Shown here piece after piece: positions 24,310-34,656 of a stretch of DNA of 64,000 nucleotides. A program made the translations under genes and the position numbers. Source of the DNA: Pseudogymnoascus verrucosus (taxonomy: Eukaryota); assembly GCA_001662655.1 (NCBI GenBank), contig KV460206.1. One strand, written 5' to 3'. A model generated the notes under the pieces. The model made no database searches. It was not told the origin of the DNA and saw only the letters and a program-made list of their open reading frames with translations. Positions within the stretch are counted from its first letter, which is position 1; each line of letters opens with the position of its first letter.

Positions 24310-24710
24310 AGCGTGTAATGATAATTCCGAGAAAGGGTGGACTCTGATTCCAGAAGAGCAACCCAAAGTCGGGAGATACTATATATCTCAGATTCGTCAC
24401 CGGTATTAGAAAACACACTTTTCCACCGAATCTGTACTTCCAGTTAACAAGGTGATCCAATATTAATAACAATTTTAAGAGGGTCATGCTTTCTTAGCGT
24501 TGTCGTTCTGCAAACTTGTCGACGAATTGCCGAGGTTTTGCCTCATTCACTGGGTGCGAAGAACAAAAGCAATTCCTTGACGGAGACACGGAACTGGTAG
24601 TCTCAGGGTGTCGCGCCAAATTGGCTCATCGGCAATTTGATTGCGAGAATAAGGTTCGGGAACATGGCATATTCGATGGCAAACACCTATAAGACCTTGA
24701 GCACCATCAA

Positions 24711-24747
24711 CGGAATCTCGGAATCTCGGAATCTCGGAATCTCGGAA
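24711..24747. promoter_or_regulatory. (CGGAATCT)x4 + CGGAA array in PL38/AKR divergent promoter
   Basis: Tandem CGG triplets at 8-bp period; CGG is the usual Zn2Cys6 half-site (function inferred). Confidence 0.55.
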
Positions 24748-24975
24748 CATTGTTCGGACAAGCAAATCCGAGCCAATTCTCTACCATGAGTGAACTAGCA
24801 GGGTTACACAACCGGACACTCCCATTCGCCTAGTATAATGCGGTCCGTGGCGAGTACTGCGACTGCTGACCTTATAGAAGGTCGGATTTCCTATTATCGC
24901 TCTCTGTCTAATCCTGCTTATCTCTCCGCCGTCTTAATTCTATGATTCCTCCCTAGAAAATCTAAATAAATCACG

Positions 24976-26228
24976 ATGGCTTTGAATCGCTCCTTCAAAT
25001 TGAATTCGGGACACAGTATCCCGGCTGTGGGCCTTGGGACATGGCAGTCAAAACCAAACGAGGTCAAACATGCTGTTGTAGCAGCGCTGAAAGCTGGATA
25101 TCGCCATATCGACGCTGCAGCTGCATACGGTAATGAGATAGAGGTTGGAGAGGGGATTAAGGCGTCAGGGGTAAATAGGAAGGACATTTTTGTAAGCAGT
25201 TTAAAGTTCGGGTATAGTTAAGGTACGTCACTTACATTACAATCCGGTAGATCACGAGCAAACTCTGGAATACGGACCACAAGCACGAAGATGTCGAACG
25301 CGCCCTCGATACTACATTGAAAGAGCTTCAAACGGATTATCTTGATCTGTATCTGGTATGAATTATACTTCGCACACAATTTTTTCGTCTTTTTTTGGGG
25401 GCGAAAGCTAATAAATCTCGCAAGATCCATTGGCCGGTTGCATTTGCCCATTCCTCTCAACGATTTCCGGTTAATCCAAGCTCAGGTCGAATCCAAGTCA
25501 TCGATGTTCCTATAGCTGATACATGGAAGGCCATGGAAGCTCTGGTTAAAAAGGGAAAGGTTAGAAGTATTGGTGTTAGCAATTTCACACGAGCCAGGAT
25601 CGAAAATCTTTTATCCAGGTAGGGTTAGTTTGCTCTACTTTCTGGGCAATTGTTGATAAGAGTAAACAGCGCAGTTATTCCGCCTGCAGTCAACCAAGTC
25701 GAGGCACATCCGTATTTCCAGCAGCCAGAACTCTTAGAATGGCTAAATAAAATGGTAAGTTCCTCGAAGATCTCCTGTATGGAAGGCTGACCGGAGACAG
25801 AACATCCTTGTGGAAGCGTACAGCCCACTTGGAAATAATATATACAGTCTCCCAAGGGCTGTAGACGATCCAGACATTGTTTCTCTAGCCAAGGATCTCA
25901 ACAGGCAACCCGCTCAGCTTTTGATCAGCTGGGCTGTCCAAAGAGGCACTGTCGTGCTCCCAAAGAGTATCACCGAATCGCGTATCAAAGACAACTTTCA
26001 AGGTAAGAGTGTTAAGTAGCCCAATCGCTGGATTAAATTTGACACTTTGCCCTAGACTTTAAACTTCCCCAGGATGCATTTGATAAAATCACGGCGATGA
26101 ATCGAAACTGCAGGTACAACTTCCCAGCTCGTTGGGGTGTGGATGTTTTCAGTGAGGTCAGCCAAGAGAGCTTAGAGAAAAGTGTAGAAGAGTGGTTGGA
26201 GGGACAGAGAAAGTTGAAAGTAACCTAG
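24976..26228 (+). CDS. Aldo-keto reductase (NADP-dependent), multi-exon
   Basis: GLGTWQ, GYRHID.A..YGNE, TSKLWN, DLYLIHWP, IGVSNF, LPKS. Confidence 0.92.
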
Positions 26229-26691
26229 ATGATCGGTCTTCGGCCACACAATGAGATAGGCGGCCATTTACGTAGACAGTGCTCAAATTACTCAATGTTA
26301 CTCTGCTGCCGAATCCATCCATAGCAAAGTTAGCTCATTCTCGCCAGACGGGACTTGCAGTTCCTAAAAGCCGCCTAGGAATTAAAACTTAACCATAAAC
26401 AAGCTGAGAGGCTGTTGGTATTTGGCCATAATTCTAGGCCATGCTGTATAAAGCTCGTCAGGTTATGATGTTCGATTGTAAGAGGCGGAAGCCCTTGAAT
26501 TGGAGCCCGAATATGGAGACTTACTACGTTATTACATATTGATCGTGATTTCTGAACACCATCTGCTGCCTGCCCCATAATACAGTAGCTGAAACGTGCG
26601 CAGACGAACTTTACCCCATCCCATAAATACGAAATCTTATTTTTCCGCTTTTCATAAATTAGGGAGATATTAGGCCTGCCACCTTAATCTA

Positions 26692-27189
26692 GTGACCAGT
26701 TTCCAGCGTCGGGGCCAGGCCATAGTGCGCTTTCCTTCTTGTTTGTCAAACTTTCTAGCTGCGATAGAGATGTATGGTCCACATCAAAGCTTCCTGATGC
26801 AGCATATTTACAGACTTTCACCCGCTTTCGCTCCTGCTTGCCATTATCCCCATACACAGGCGTGCGCCCAAGTTGACACCCCACGGCTCCATATCTCTAA
26901 CTGGCAGCAGATGTCGGTCATCATTGTCAAGACCAAGTTGGCGGATGACCTTGCATGCTTTGAGGTGGACGAGGGGGCTGACGATGAGAGTGATGAGGAG
27001 TTTGGAGCTGACATCCGGGTCATAACCAAACAATGGAACCATAGTACGCGAGCCGCAAACCGCGCTTATGCGAACCAGCTTAATCCAAACTTTGGGGAAC
27101 GTGTGGGATGGCCTCACCACCACGACACAATTCAGAGCCAGTTTCTAGAATGTTTTTTAAGTCCGTTATTCTATACTTTCGGCACGTGA
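26692..27189 (+). pseudogene. Relic resembling the middle region of telomere-linked RecQ helicase (DUF3505-associated) genes
   Basis: RLHISNWQQM…HSTRAANRAYANQ…FG, then a frameshift to NVWDGL; recognised from memory of this family. Confidence 0.45.
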
Positions 27190-27795
27190 TCTGGCAGCTT
27201 AGATCACGTGCGAGATATCCAGGTAGAGCATGAACAGAGCGACGGAATACAATATATTTGCGTTGGAAGCGCAAGCCATGTTCTCATCATGGGCAAATCT
27301 TCCGTCTGTCCGAGGGAATTGCCCTCGAGAGCTGGCCAATCTTTCCACCAATAACCAATATCTTCAACTCGTCACTCTAAGTCCAACTGCAGTCCTTCCG
27401 TGGCAGCAAGGCCCAGCTTGTTGTAAAACCGGCATTTGGTGGCAGCAGATTATCCGAGCTCTGCATGAGTTCTCGGCATGGTGGTTACCGGTGACAAAGT
27501 ATGGGAGTCAGCGGAAGGGTGTCCTTGCGGGCATTCAAGCTCGCCCATTCAAGCTATTCTATTGAACTGAATCCGACATCTCGGAACTTGATGAGTTCTG
27601 TCCGCGTCTATCGCGTAGTCCATGTTGTCAATTGGTGGGAAATTATCTAATATCGCGATTGAGCTAGCTTAATGAGTCAGCTACCCTGGTTCGTTAGAGT
27701 CCCCTGCAAAATAACTTGCACATCCCCGCATCTCATATTTAACAGCAGTTCCTGGTTGCAGTCCTGTTCTAGTTGTTATTTCGTTAATGGACAGA

Positions 27796-29135
27796 ATGGT
27801 GCAAATAGAACAGTAAATATTCACTTATCCCTCTATGTCGGCCGTTTCATCTAACACCGTAACCATAGCCTCTCGTGGACCCGGGCTGTCATCGCGAGCT
27901 TGTTGCTCGCTCCTCTTGCGGGTGCATCCGCTACCCCACCTGTCCCCAGCAATCACGCATTGAACCAGCGGGGACTATGGCCAGATACTGCAGTATTGGA
28001 TGGCTTTAGATTGTTTGAAACCAAGCTTCTGCTTAAGCTTGGATTGCCCAACCTAAAGACTGCGTTAAATCATTTAACTGCACAAGCGGATGACTGGCTC
28101 ACAAAAGGACCTTATACTGTTACAAGTAAGACAATTGTCCCCCCAGGTGGTGACAAGCATGACTATGCCAGTCAAGCACCATACTGGTGGCCAAACCCTG
28201 ATACTGCGGACGGCTGTCCTTATCTCCAACGCGACGGAATTCGCAATCCCGAAGTTGATAACTACACGGATCATGGAGACCGAGGGGATATGTTCCAGTC
28301 TTCATATATCCTTAGTCTCGCTTGGTACTACACTGGGAAGAAAGAATATGCAACGCATGCTGCTGGTATTCTTCGCACCTGGTTCTTGACCCCTGAGACA
28401 CGCATGAATCCGAATCTTAACCACGCACAAATCATTCCTTGTAAGAATACTGGACGAGCTATTGGAATCATCGATTTCTCGCAACAATATACGGCCGTGT
28501 TAGATGCTGCTGCCATCCTAGCCTCTGGTGCACCTGGCTGGACTAAAACGGACCAGAGCAGCTTCCAGCAGTGGAACGTTGAGTTCCTAGATTGGCTCGC
28601 GAACAGCCCATTCGGCATCGAGGAAAGTGCAGCCGCGAATAACCACGGCACATTTGCGTCTATGCAGAAGGCAGGCATTGCCGTTTTCGTTGGAAATAAA
28701 ACTGTCGCCAAGCAAGAAGCTGTCGGGATGAAGGCTCGTATCGATGCCTATATCAGTCCCAACGGCTCGCAGCCTTTGGAACTCATCCGAACTCGCAGCT
28801 GGCATTACTCCACGTTCGATCTCGTTGCATATACACGGATAGCTGACATTGGCAAGAAAGTCGGCGTCGATCTGTGGAAGTACAAAGGACCCCAGGGTCA
28901 GAGCATCCAGGGCGCTGTTGATTTTATCGTTGCGGGTGCTACTGGCGGAGCAGCCGCCTGGGTATATCCAGAGCTTGAGTTTTATGGTTATGCTGCGAGT
29001 GATATTGTGCATGCCGCAGCTGACGCTGGGAACCTCAAAGCGTTAAAGGCGGTTAGTAAGTTGCAAACACCTCCTGGAGGAGACTTGTGGGCACTTCGCC
29101 CTGCAGTCGAGCAGCTCGATGCTATCTCGAATTAG
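27796..29135 (+). CDS. Secreted PL38-type lyase, paralogue of 23101-24309
   Basis: Exon 27796-27812 + 56-nt intron gives signal peptide MVQIEHLSWTRAVIASLLLAPLAGASA; same DKHDYASQAPYWWP / NNHGT / RTRSWHYS motifs. Confidence 0.88.
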
Positions 29136-29437
29136 TCGTTGAGGAGATCAGATAAAGCATCGAGGACAAGGGCAATACGTCAATTTAACAGCTATTTGTG
29201 TCAAACCACCGTTGCATCAACTAAACCCTCCCGTTGCTCAAAACCCTTTGCTACTCTAATACAGCTGTTCAGTGATTCCCACAGATACTTGAGTATCCGG
29301 GGTATCTGGATACTTTATTCCGGATACTTGCCAAGAATAGCCAAGAGTAGCCAAGACTATAAACTCCAACGTCACTACACCGCCGATAGGAGGCTTTAAG
29401 AGTTGCTATGCTGTGACTTTGCTAATATAAGCCAAGT

Positions 29438-29651
29438 TGTTGGACTTCGGGTGTGTTGAGTAGCGGAACAGCATTGGACGAAGCAAATCACAGGTGACGG
29501 GTACAGTGGTATCAACAGCATCAATAATAATATATTAGATAGATATCTAGAATAGTAGGATAGATCATAGGAATATATAAATCTATATGTCCGTGATCGA
29601 CGATGTGAGTTGACGTGGCTCAGCTGCGTGGTGACTAAGCATATTCCAACA
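29438..29651 (-). mobile_element. Ty1/copia-like solo LTR (214 bp)
   Basis: TGTTGGA…TCCAACA inverted termini; perfect 5-bp TSD CAAGT (29433-29437, 29652-29656); minus strand starts TGTTGGAATA. Confidence 0.88.
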
Positions 29652-29683
29652 CAAGTGAGTGTGATTTCCGGGCGCGAACCAAA

Positions 29684-29784
29684 CTTTTACGAAAGCCTTT
29701 GTGTCTAATCCCCTGCCTCCTCTGATAAGTAAACTATATAACAAAACCTCTATGTGTCTTATACGTTTAAGACCTAGCGTTACA
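29684..29784 (+). mobile_element. 3' fragment of the LTR family seen at 465-945
   Basis: TTTTACGAAAGCCTTTGTGTCT…TTTAAGACCTAGCGTTACA matches 846-945. Confidence 0.8.
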
Positions 29785-30243
29785 CCCATCTTGCGCACTA
29801 CCCTCTCTTAAACTCTGCAGCAACCTCCCTAGATCAACGCGACAGGCTCTCTCATATGACCACTATATCCATGCAACAACCGTATTGAACTATGCTGCTT
29901 TCTTAGACATCAGCGACCCATGCTCGAGGTGGTAGTAGAACTAGTATTGCAAGCTGTATGGCATAAACGCTATAAGGACGGATACAGACGCACTGCAAGC
30001 TTCCTTGGGGCCGGTACAGTAATTCCTAATAGTGTGGCCTTGCTGCTTTCGGTAGAAATTCGTCGATCTTGGATCCTGTTAGCCTTTCGCCCTGTGTCCT
30101 TCAGAACTGACCCTAGGGCTACTAACACAAAATCCTAAGCTAAATAGGATGGACAAGCAGGTAGGAAGAAGCGAAGACAATTGCTTAGGATCATCGCTTG
30201 GCTAGTGAGCCCTTCTACTATGCATTCCTAATACCAACTCCGA

Positions 30244-31752
30244 TTATACTGCCAGCCCAGCCAAGACAATATCCTTTACGCTCTCTAAGAACCTTAAAAC
30301 CTCATCTTCGCTATGATAGGCATCATTATAGCCTGCGCCCAAACACAACACGCCTTCCCATGTACTCAAGAACAATCCCATCCCAGTCCTATACTCCGCC
30401 CCAATAACCCACGGATTCTCCACCTTGAATACCCCCCGTTGTGGCTTTATGATTCGGTCAAGAACGCCCATGCTAGACAACGAGACGGAAGGTGAATGGT
30501 CGGGAGGAGGAACAGGGCCAGTCTCAGGCGAGTAAGGAGGTAATTTCCCCGTAGCAATAAAGGGGACCATACTGAGGAAGTCGGCGTTAGGTGTCCAGGA
30601 TTGATAGAAGTCTTTAACTTGATTCAAAGCCAACTCGAATTCATTGAGACTCTTAGTGGCGATCTTGGATTGCCCAACCGCGGGAATGACAACGTCAATG
30701 ACTAAAGAGTAGGCGGAGGCACTGTGATAAACAGCAGCGGCGTGCTGCGGTGAGTTATATGGCTCTTTGCAGGATTGTCGTAGGTTGTTGAGAGAGTAGC
30801 CGATATATCTAGCCTTGCGCTCTTCTTGACCTTTCTCTTGCAGGTCTCTTAATGCCAGGGCGATCCCAGCGTGAAATGCATGCGTAGGAGTTACACCAAG
30901 AGCCTTGCACCTGGCCAAAACCGCCTGCGTGTCTGTGGGCGACAAGTTAATGGCAATCCGCGTAGAGTTCCCTGCGATTTCTGGCACCGAATTGAACGGG
31001 AGGGTGAGGATTTCCGCATCTTTGCGGGCATCTGCATTGGCAGATTGTATTTCCTGAAGCTTCTTTTCTTGGGCAGCATTACGTGTAGGCGGGATGTTAC
31101 CCGCAACTCTGAGATGTGGTGAAAGATTCTTTGATTCGTCTCCGAAGACGACTTCGGACTGGCTGCTGAGCGACGAGAATGCTTCAGAGGCTACACGGAT
31201 GAGATTATCAAGAAGCATAAGCGTGCCGACGCCGTCGATTATGTCGTGAGGACTGTGGAGCACAAGCTCCTTTGTCATCTCGGACTGATGAGAATCGTGA
31301 CGAGGCGTGACTAGATACAAAGTTGCGAATCGACCAATGGGTGGATCCGAGTTAGCAAACTCTTGACCGGTTTGTGCCTTGTCGATAACTTTGAACGTTT
31401 CCTCGAGCCAGTCATTAACTTCAGAAGCGTTTTGAGGTGTCTGATAGACCTTTTTGCATGATTCCGTATCAGGATCATACACCACAGGAGCGGCTAGAGT
31501 TGGATGATCATATCGCATTTGTTTCCATGAGTGTCGAAATGCTTTCTCGATTTGTGCTTCCAAATATGACAGACTCTCACCGATTGTGGTGGGAACTGTG
31601 AGTGTAACACAAGCAGTAATTGCGAAGAAAGTGTGGCCAGTACCTTCATGCATCTTTGCCAACGTCGTATATAACTGCTCAAGTTCGTCGACATTGCGTT
31701 CGTATTTACCAGGAGAAGTCTCCTCCCAGAACTTATTAACTGAATTCACCAT
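30244..31752 (-). CDS. Tri3-like CoA-dependent O-acyltransferase, intronless
   Basis: W.QMRYDHPTLA, HDIIDG (HxxxDG) catalytic motif, SLSSMG..DRII, YNDAYH C-terminus. Confidence 0.7.
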   Translation of the reverse strand: MVNSVNKFWEETSPGKYERNVDELEQLYTTLAKMHEGTGHTFFAITACVTLTVPTTIGESLSYLEAQIEKAFRHSWKQMRYDHPTLAAPVVYDPDTESCKKVYQTPQNASEVNDWLEETFKVIDKAQTGQEFANSDPPIGRFATLYLVTPRHDSHQSEMTKELVLHSPHDIIDGVGTLMLLDNLIRVASEAFSSLSSQSEVVFGDESKNLSPHLRVAGNIPPTRNAAQEKKLQEIQSANADARKDAEILTLPFNSVPEIAGNSTRIAINLSPTDTQAVLARCKALGVTPTHAFHAGIALALRDLQEKGQEERKARYIGYSLNNLRQSCKEPYNSPQHAAAVYHSASAYSLVIDVVIPAVGQSKIATKSLNEFELALNQVKDFYQSWTPNADFLSMVPFIATGKLPPYSPETGPVPPPDHSPSVSLSSMGVLDRIIKPQRGVFKVENPWVIGAEYRTGMGLFLSTWEGVLCLGAGYNDAYHSEDEVLRFLESVKDIVLAGLAV

Positions 31753-31916
31753 CTCTTAATATGCATCAAAACCAAGAATGAAGATGGGCTTGTTTTGTCC
31801 TAGAATGTCTAAGTTGAGAAACTATTATATAAAAGGAAACTTCCTTTTATATACAACTAATGTGAGGAGACTTGACGGTATGTCTCTAAAGAATGTCAAT
31901 ATCGTAGAGCTGCGGC

Positions 31917-32342
31917 TTGTCGGAAGAACGGACCTTATACCGCAAAATGCCGAAGATTTACCGCCACTGATAATGAGCAACCCGCTAAGTGTCAGCGGCG
32001 CAGATCGATGTTCCGTCTTTCCGCGGTGGGCTGTTTTAGCTTTGTGTGTGGGCACAGTACTATTACAGGCGATTCATGCTACTTCTACAGATGAAAGTTA
32101 TATGAAAATCACTTCTAAATCCGTGAATATTGTCGGAAGAACGGACCTTGTACCGCAAAATGCCGAAGATTTACCGCCACTAATAATGAGCAACCCGCTA
32201 AGTGTCAGTGGCGCAGATTGATGTTCCGTCTTTCCGCGGTGGGCTGTTTTAGCTTTTTGTGTAGGCACAACACTATTACAGGCGATTCATGCTACTTCTA
32301 CACATGAAAGTTATATAAAAATCACTTCCAAATCCGTGAATA
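31917..32342. repeat. Tandem duplication, 2 x 213 bp
   Basis: 31917-32129 and 32130-32342 differ only by scattered substitutions. Confidence 0.95.
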
Positions 32343-32372
32343 TTCACGGCGCAAAACACAAAGAAGAACACG

Positions 32373-33143
32373 ATGGCCAGCCAGCAGAAAAATGAAGCTA
32401 TGATAGCTATTGCAAAACAAATGCACAATGTGCCATGGTGCGAAGACTACGAAAGAATGATTTCTGGGATGCTGTCAGTCACACATGTAGTGGTCGCGCA
32501 AGGACTCTTCACTCACGTCGTATAGTTACAACTGCATTGCCCCGGAGCTAATGGATGCTCGATTCCGTGCAAGACGACTGACTACAAAATACAACACTCA
32601 TTTCCCAGATGATGCAACGATGGATTCGCTTCAGGCAGATCGTAACCGCGTGCTGGAGGAATTAATAGGCAGGATTGGGCCTGACTCATACATTGAGCCT
32701 CCTTTCTATGTTGACTACGGTTGTAATATTCGTCTAGGTGACCGCTTTTACGCAAATTTCAAGTATACGTCACTATCCTCTTTTGAAGGTTTCAAGGCAG
32801 ACAGACTACTAACGTTGACCTCAGCATGGTAATCCTCGACTGTGGGATGGTCACAATCGGAAAGCGAGTCATGTTTGGACCTTTCGTCAGCATTTTCGCA
32901 GCAACCCACGAAACGGAAGTCGAATCTCGTAGAGACAACGTTGAATATGCGCGAGAAGTCTCAATTGGGGACGATTGCTGGATTGGCGGTCATGTTACTA
33001 TTTTGCCAGGAGTTACTATTGGCGAGGGCTGTACGATTGGTGCCGGATCAATCGTGACAAAGGATATTCCGCCGTTTTGTGTTGCGATTGGTAGCCCAGC
33101 ACGGGTTGTGAAGAGCGTCAAACCTGTGGCACAACTTAATTAA
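32373..33143 (+). CDS. Maltose/galactoside O-acetyltransferase (hexapeptide repeat), 3 exons
   Basis: PWCEDYERMISG, IEPPFYVDYGCNI, IGDDCWIGG…ILPGVTIG…GAGSIVTKDIP. Confidence 0.9.
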
Positions 33144-34291
33144 GGACAAATTTTAACGTTCCGGGCATCTCTCTTCCGTATATTCAATTCCTGAGAACTC
33201 CATCAGCACCCTTCTGCATCGACCTCTCGCACAAAATCTTCGATAGCGTGGTGTAGCTGAGTTATGAGCTCGCTCCAACGCTCGGAACCATGGTCGAGAT
33301 AATGTGTACAGTGCTGTTGGGAGTTGAAAGGTCCCAAAATAAATAAAAATGACTTCAATACTAATTTAAACGATATTGAGGCACCATTTCTGTGTATTTA
33401 TCCTCCTAGTTGTCGTCCGATCATCGACTCTCGGCGGGCAGCATAACCCTCATCAACTGCAAACAGCACTGCCCCTCTCTGGCAGCTGCGCGGGTCACAG
33501 TATTCACTATCGACGAACTCGGTAAGAGATAGGCCCTTGGATAGCGAACCTCTGAAGCCCTCCAAATCATCATATTCAATCTTGTTGTCCTAAACACAAT
33601 TGCCATGTACGTCCAGCCGCATCACTTTGATCAGCTTCTCCTGTCGACCCAGCTGTCTGTAGATCGCCATCACAAGAATCAGCAGCCATATTTAATTATG
33701 GATGGAGCTGGCTCCAGAGGCTCGTGCGGGGGTGTTCCAGTGAATAAACGCGGATACGTATAGTCGCGGGCGATATATGTGCTCAAGAAGAGATCTAGGT
33801 GTGTAAGTGAAAATGCAGCGAGGATTTCATAGCTCGTATGTGGTGTCCCGCTTGCGGTGTGCTGAGACGAGAGGCCAACCCTGTCGGTAGAAAGAACTAG
33901 ACGAAGAAGACGGTACTGCTGTCCCGTTTAAAGAGAAATAGGTCTCCTACTATATTATTTATGTACGAGATAACCTTGTCAGCGCAACTTCCACTTCCTA
34001 TCCCGCGGAGCACATCGACTCTAACGTAAAAGGGTATATAGCTTATGTATGTATGTTCAGGCTGAGCAGGACACATCGAGGTTGTCTCAAGGACTTCTAT
34101 AGAAATGCGGTCAGGAATCTCCATGACCCTCAGTGATCGAAGGACAACAGGGAAAGTCTTTCCCGCGTATGTCCGGATGTTAGGCAGATTCACCCCGCAA
34201 ACCGCCACTAGAGTAGTAATAATAACTATAGCTATGGGATAGCGCGATAGGGATCGTACTAGAGGGACATGCAATGCGATAGTAATTTCTT

Positions 34292-34424
34292 GTCGCATGA
34301 CCTTCCCGATTGCCACTTCAACACGTTATACAACCCCTCATGCCCCAAACACCCCTACGTCGTCCCCTCTTACAATACGCATCGCGGCGCTTAATATCCT
34401 ACCGGTCGCGTCTCCAGTCACAGA
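34292..34424 (+). repeat. Degenerate duplicate of the DUF1992 gene 5' region
   Basis: Aligns with 43781-43902 (CCGATTGCCACTTC, CTCATGCCCC, CACCCCTACGTCGTCCC, TTACAATACGCATCGCG). Confidence 0.85.
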
Positions 34425-34656
34425 CAGCCAACGATGCCAAACCCAGTAAGAAACTTGTGTCTAGCGTGGTATCTCTAGTGTGGTACTAGTACTATAAAGG
34501 TACGCTAGTACTATCGTATCACTAACGTATTTCACAAAGTGTAAATACTTTTTACGGTTTCTATGCTTGTGTACGAGGATCAGAGTGTTGTACAAATGTT
34601 TAGATTGAAGCTAAGTGATTTTCCTTCGTTATTTATCCTAAAAGAAACGTTTAATT

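Noticed and set aside
30244..31752. Trichothecene or other secondary-metabolite biosynthetic cluster
   Set aside because: Only a Tri3-like fold; no backbone synthase or P450 in the window.
31778..32221. 147-aa ORF with internal repeat
   Set aside because: Arises from the 213-bp (in-frame) promoter duplication; lies between two divergent genes.
33160..34230. Possible decayed gene
   Set aside because: Protein-like stretches interrupted by stops, but no family recognisable.
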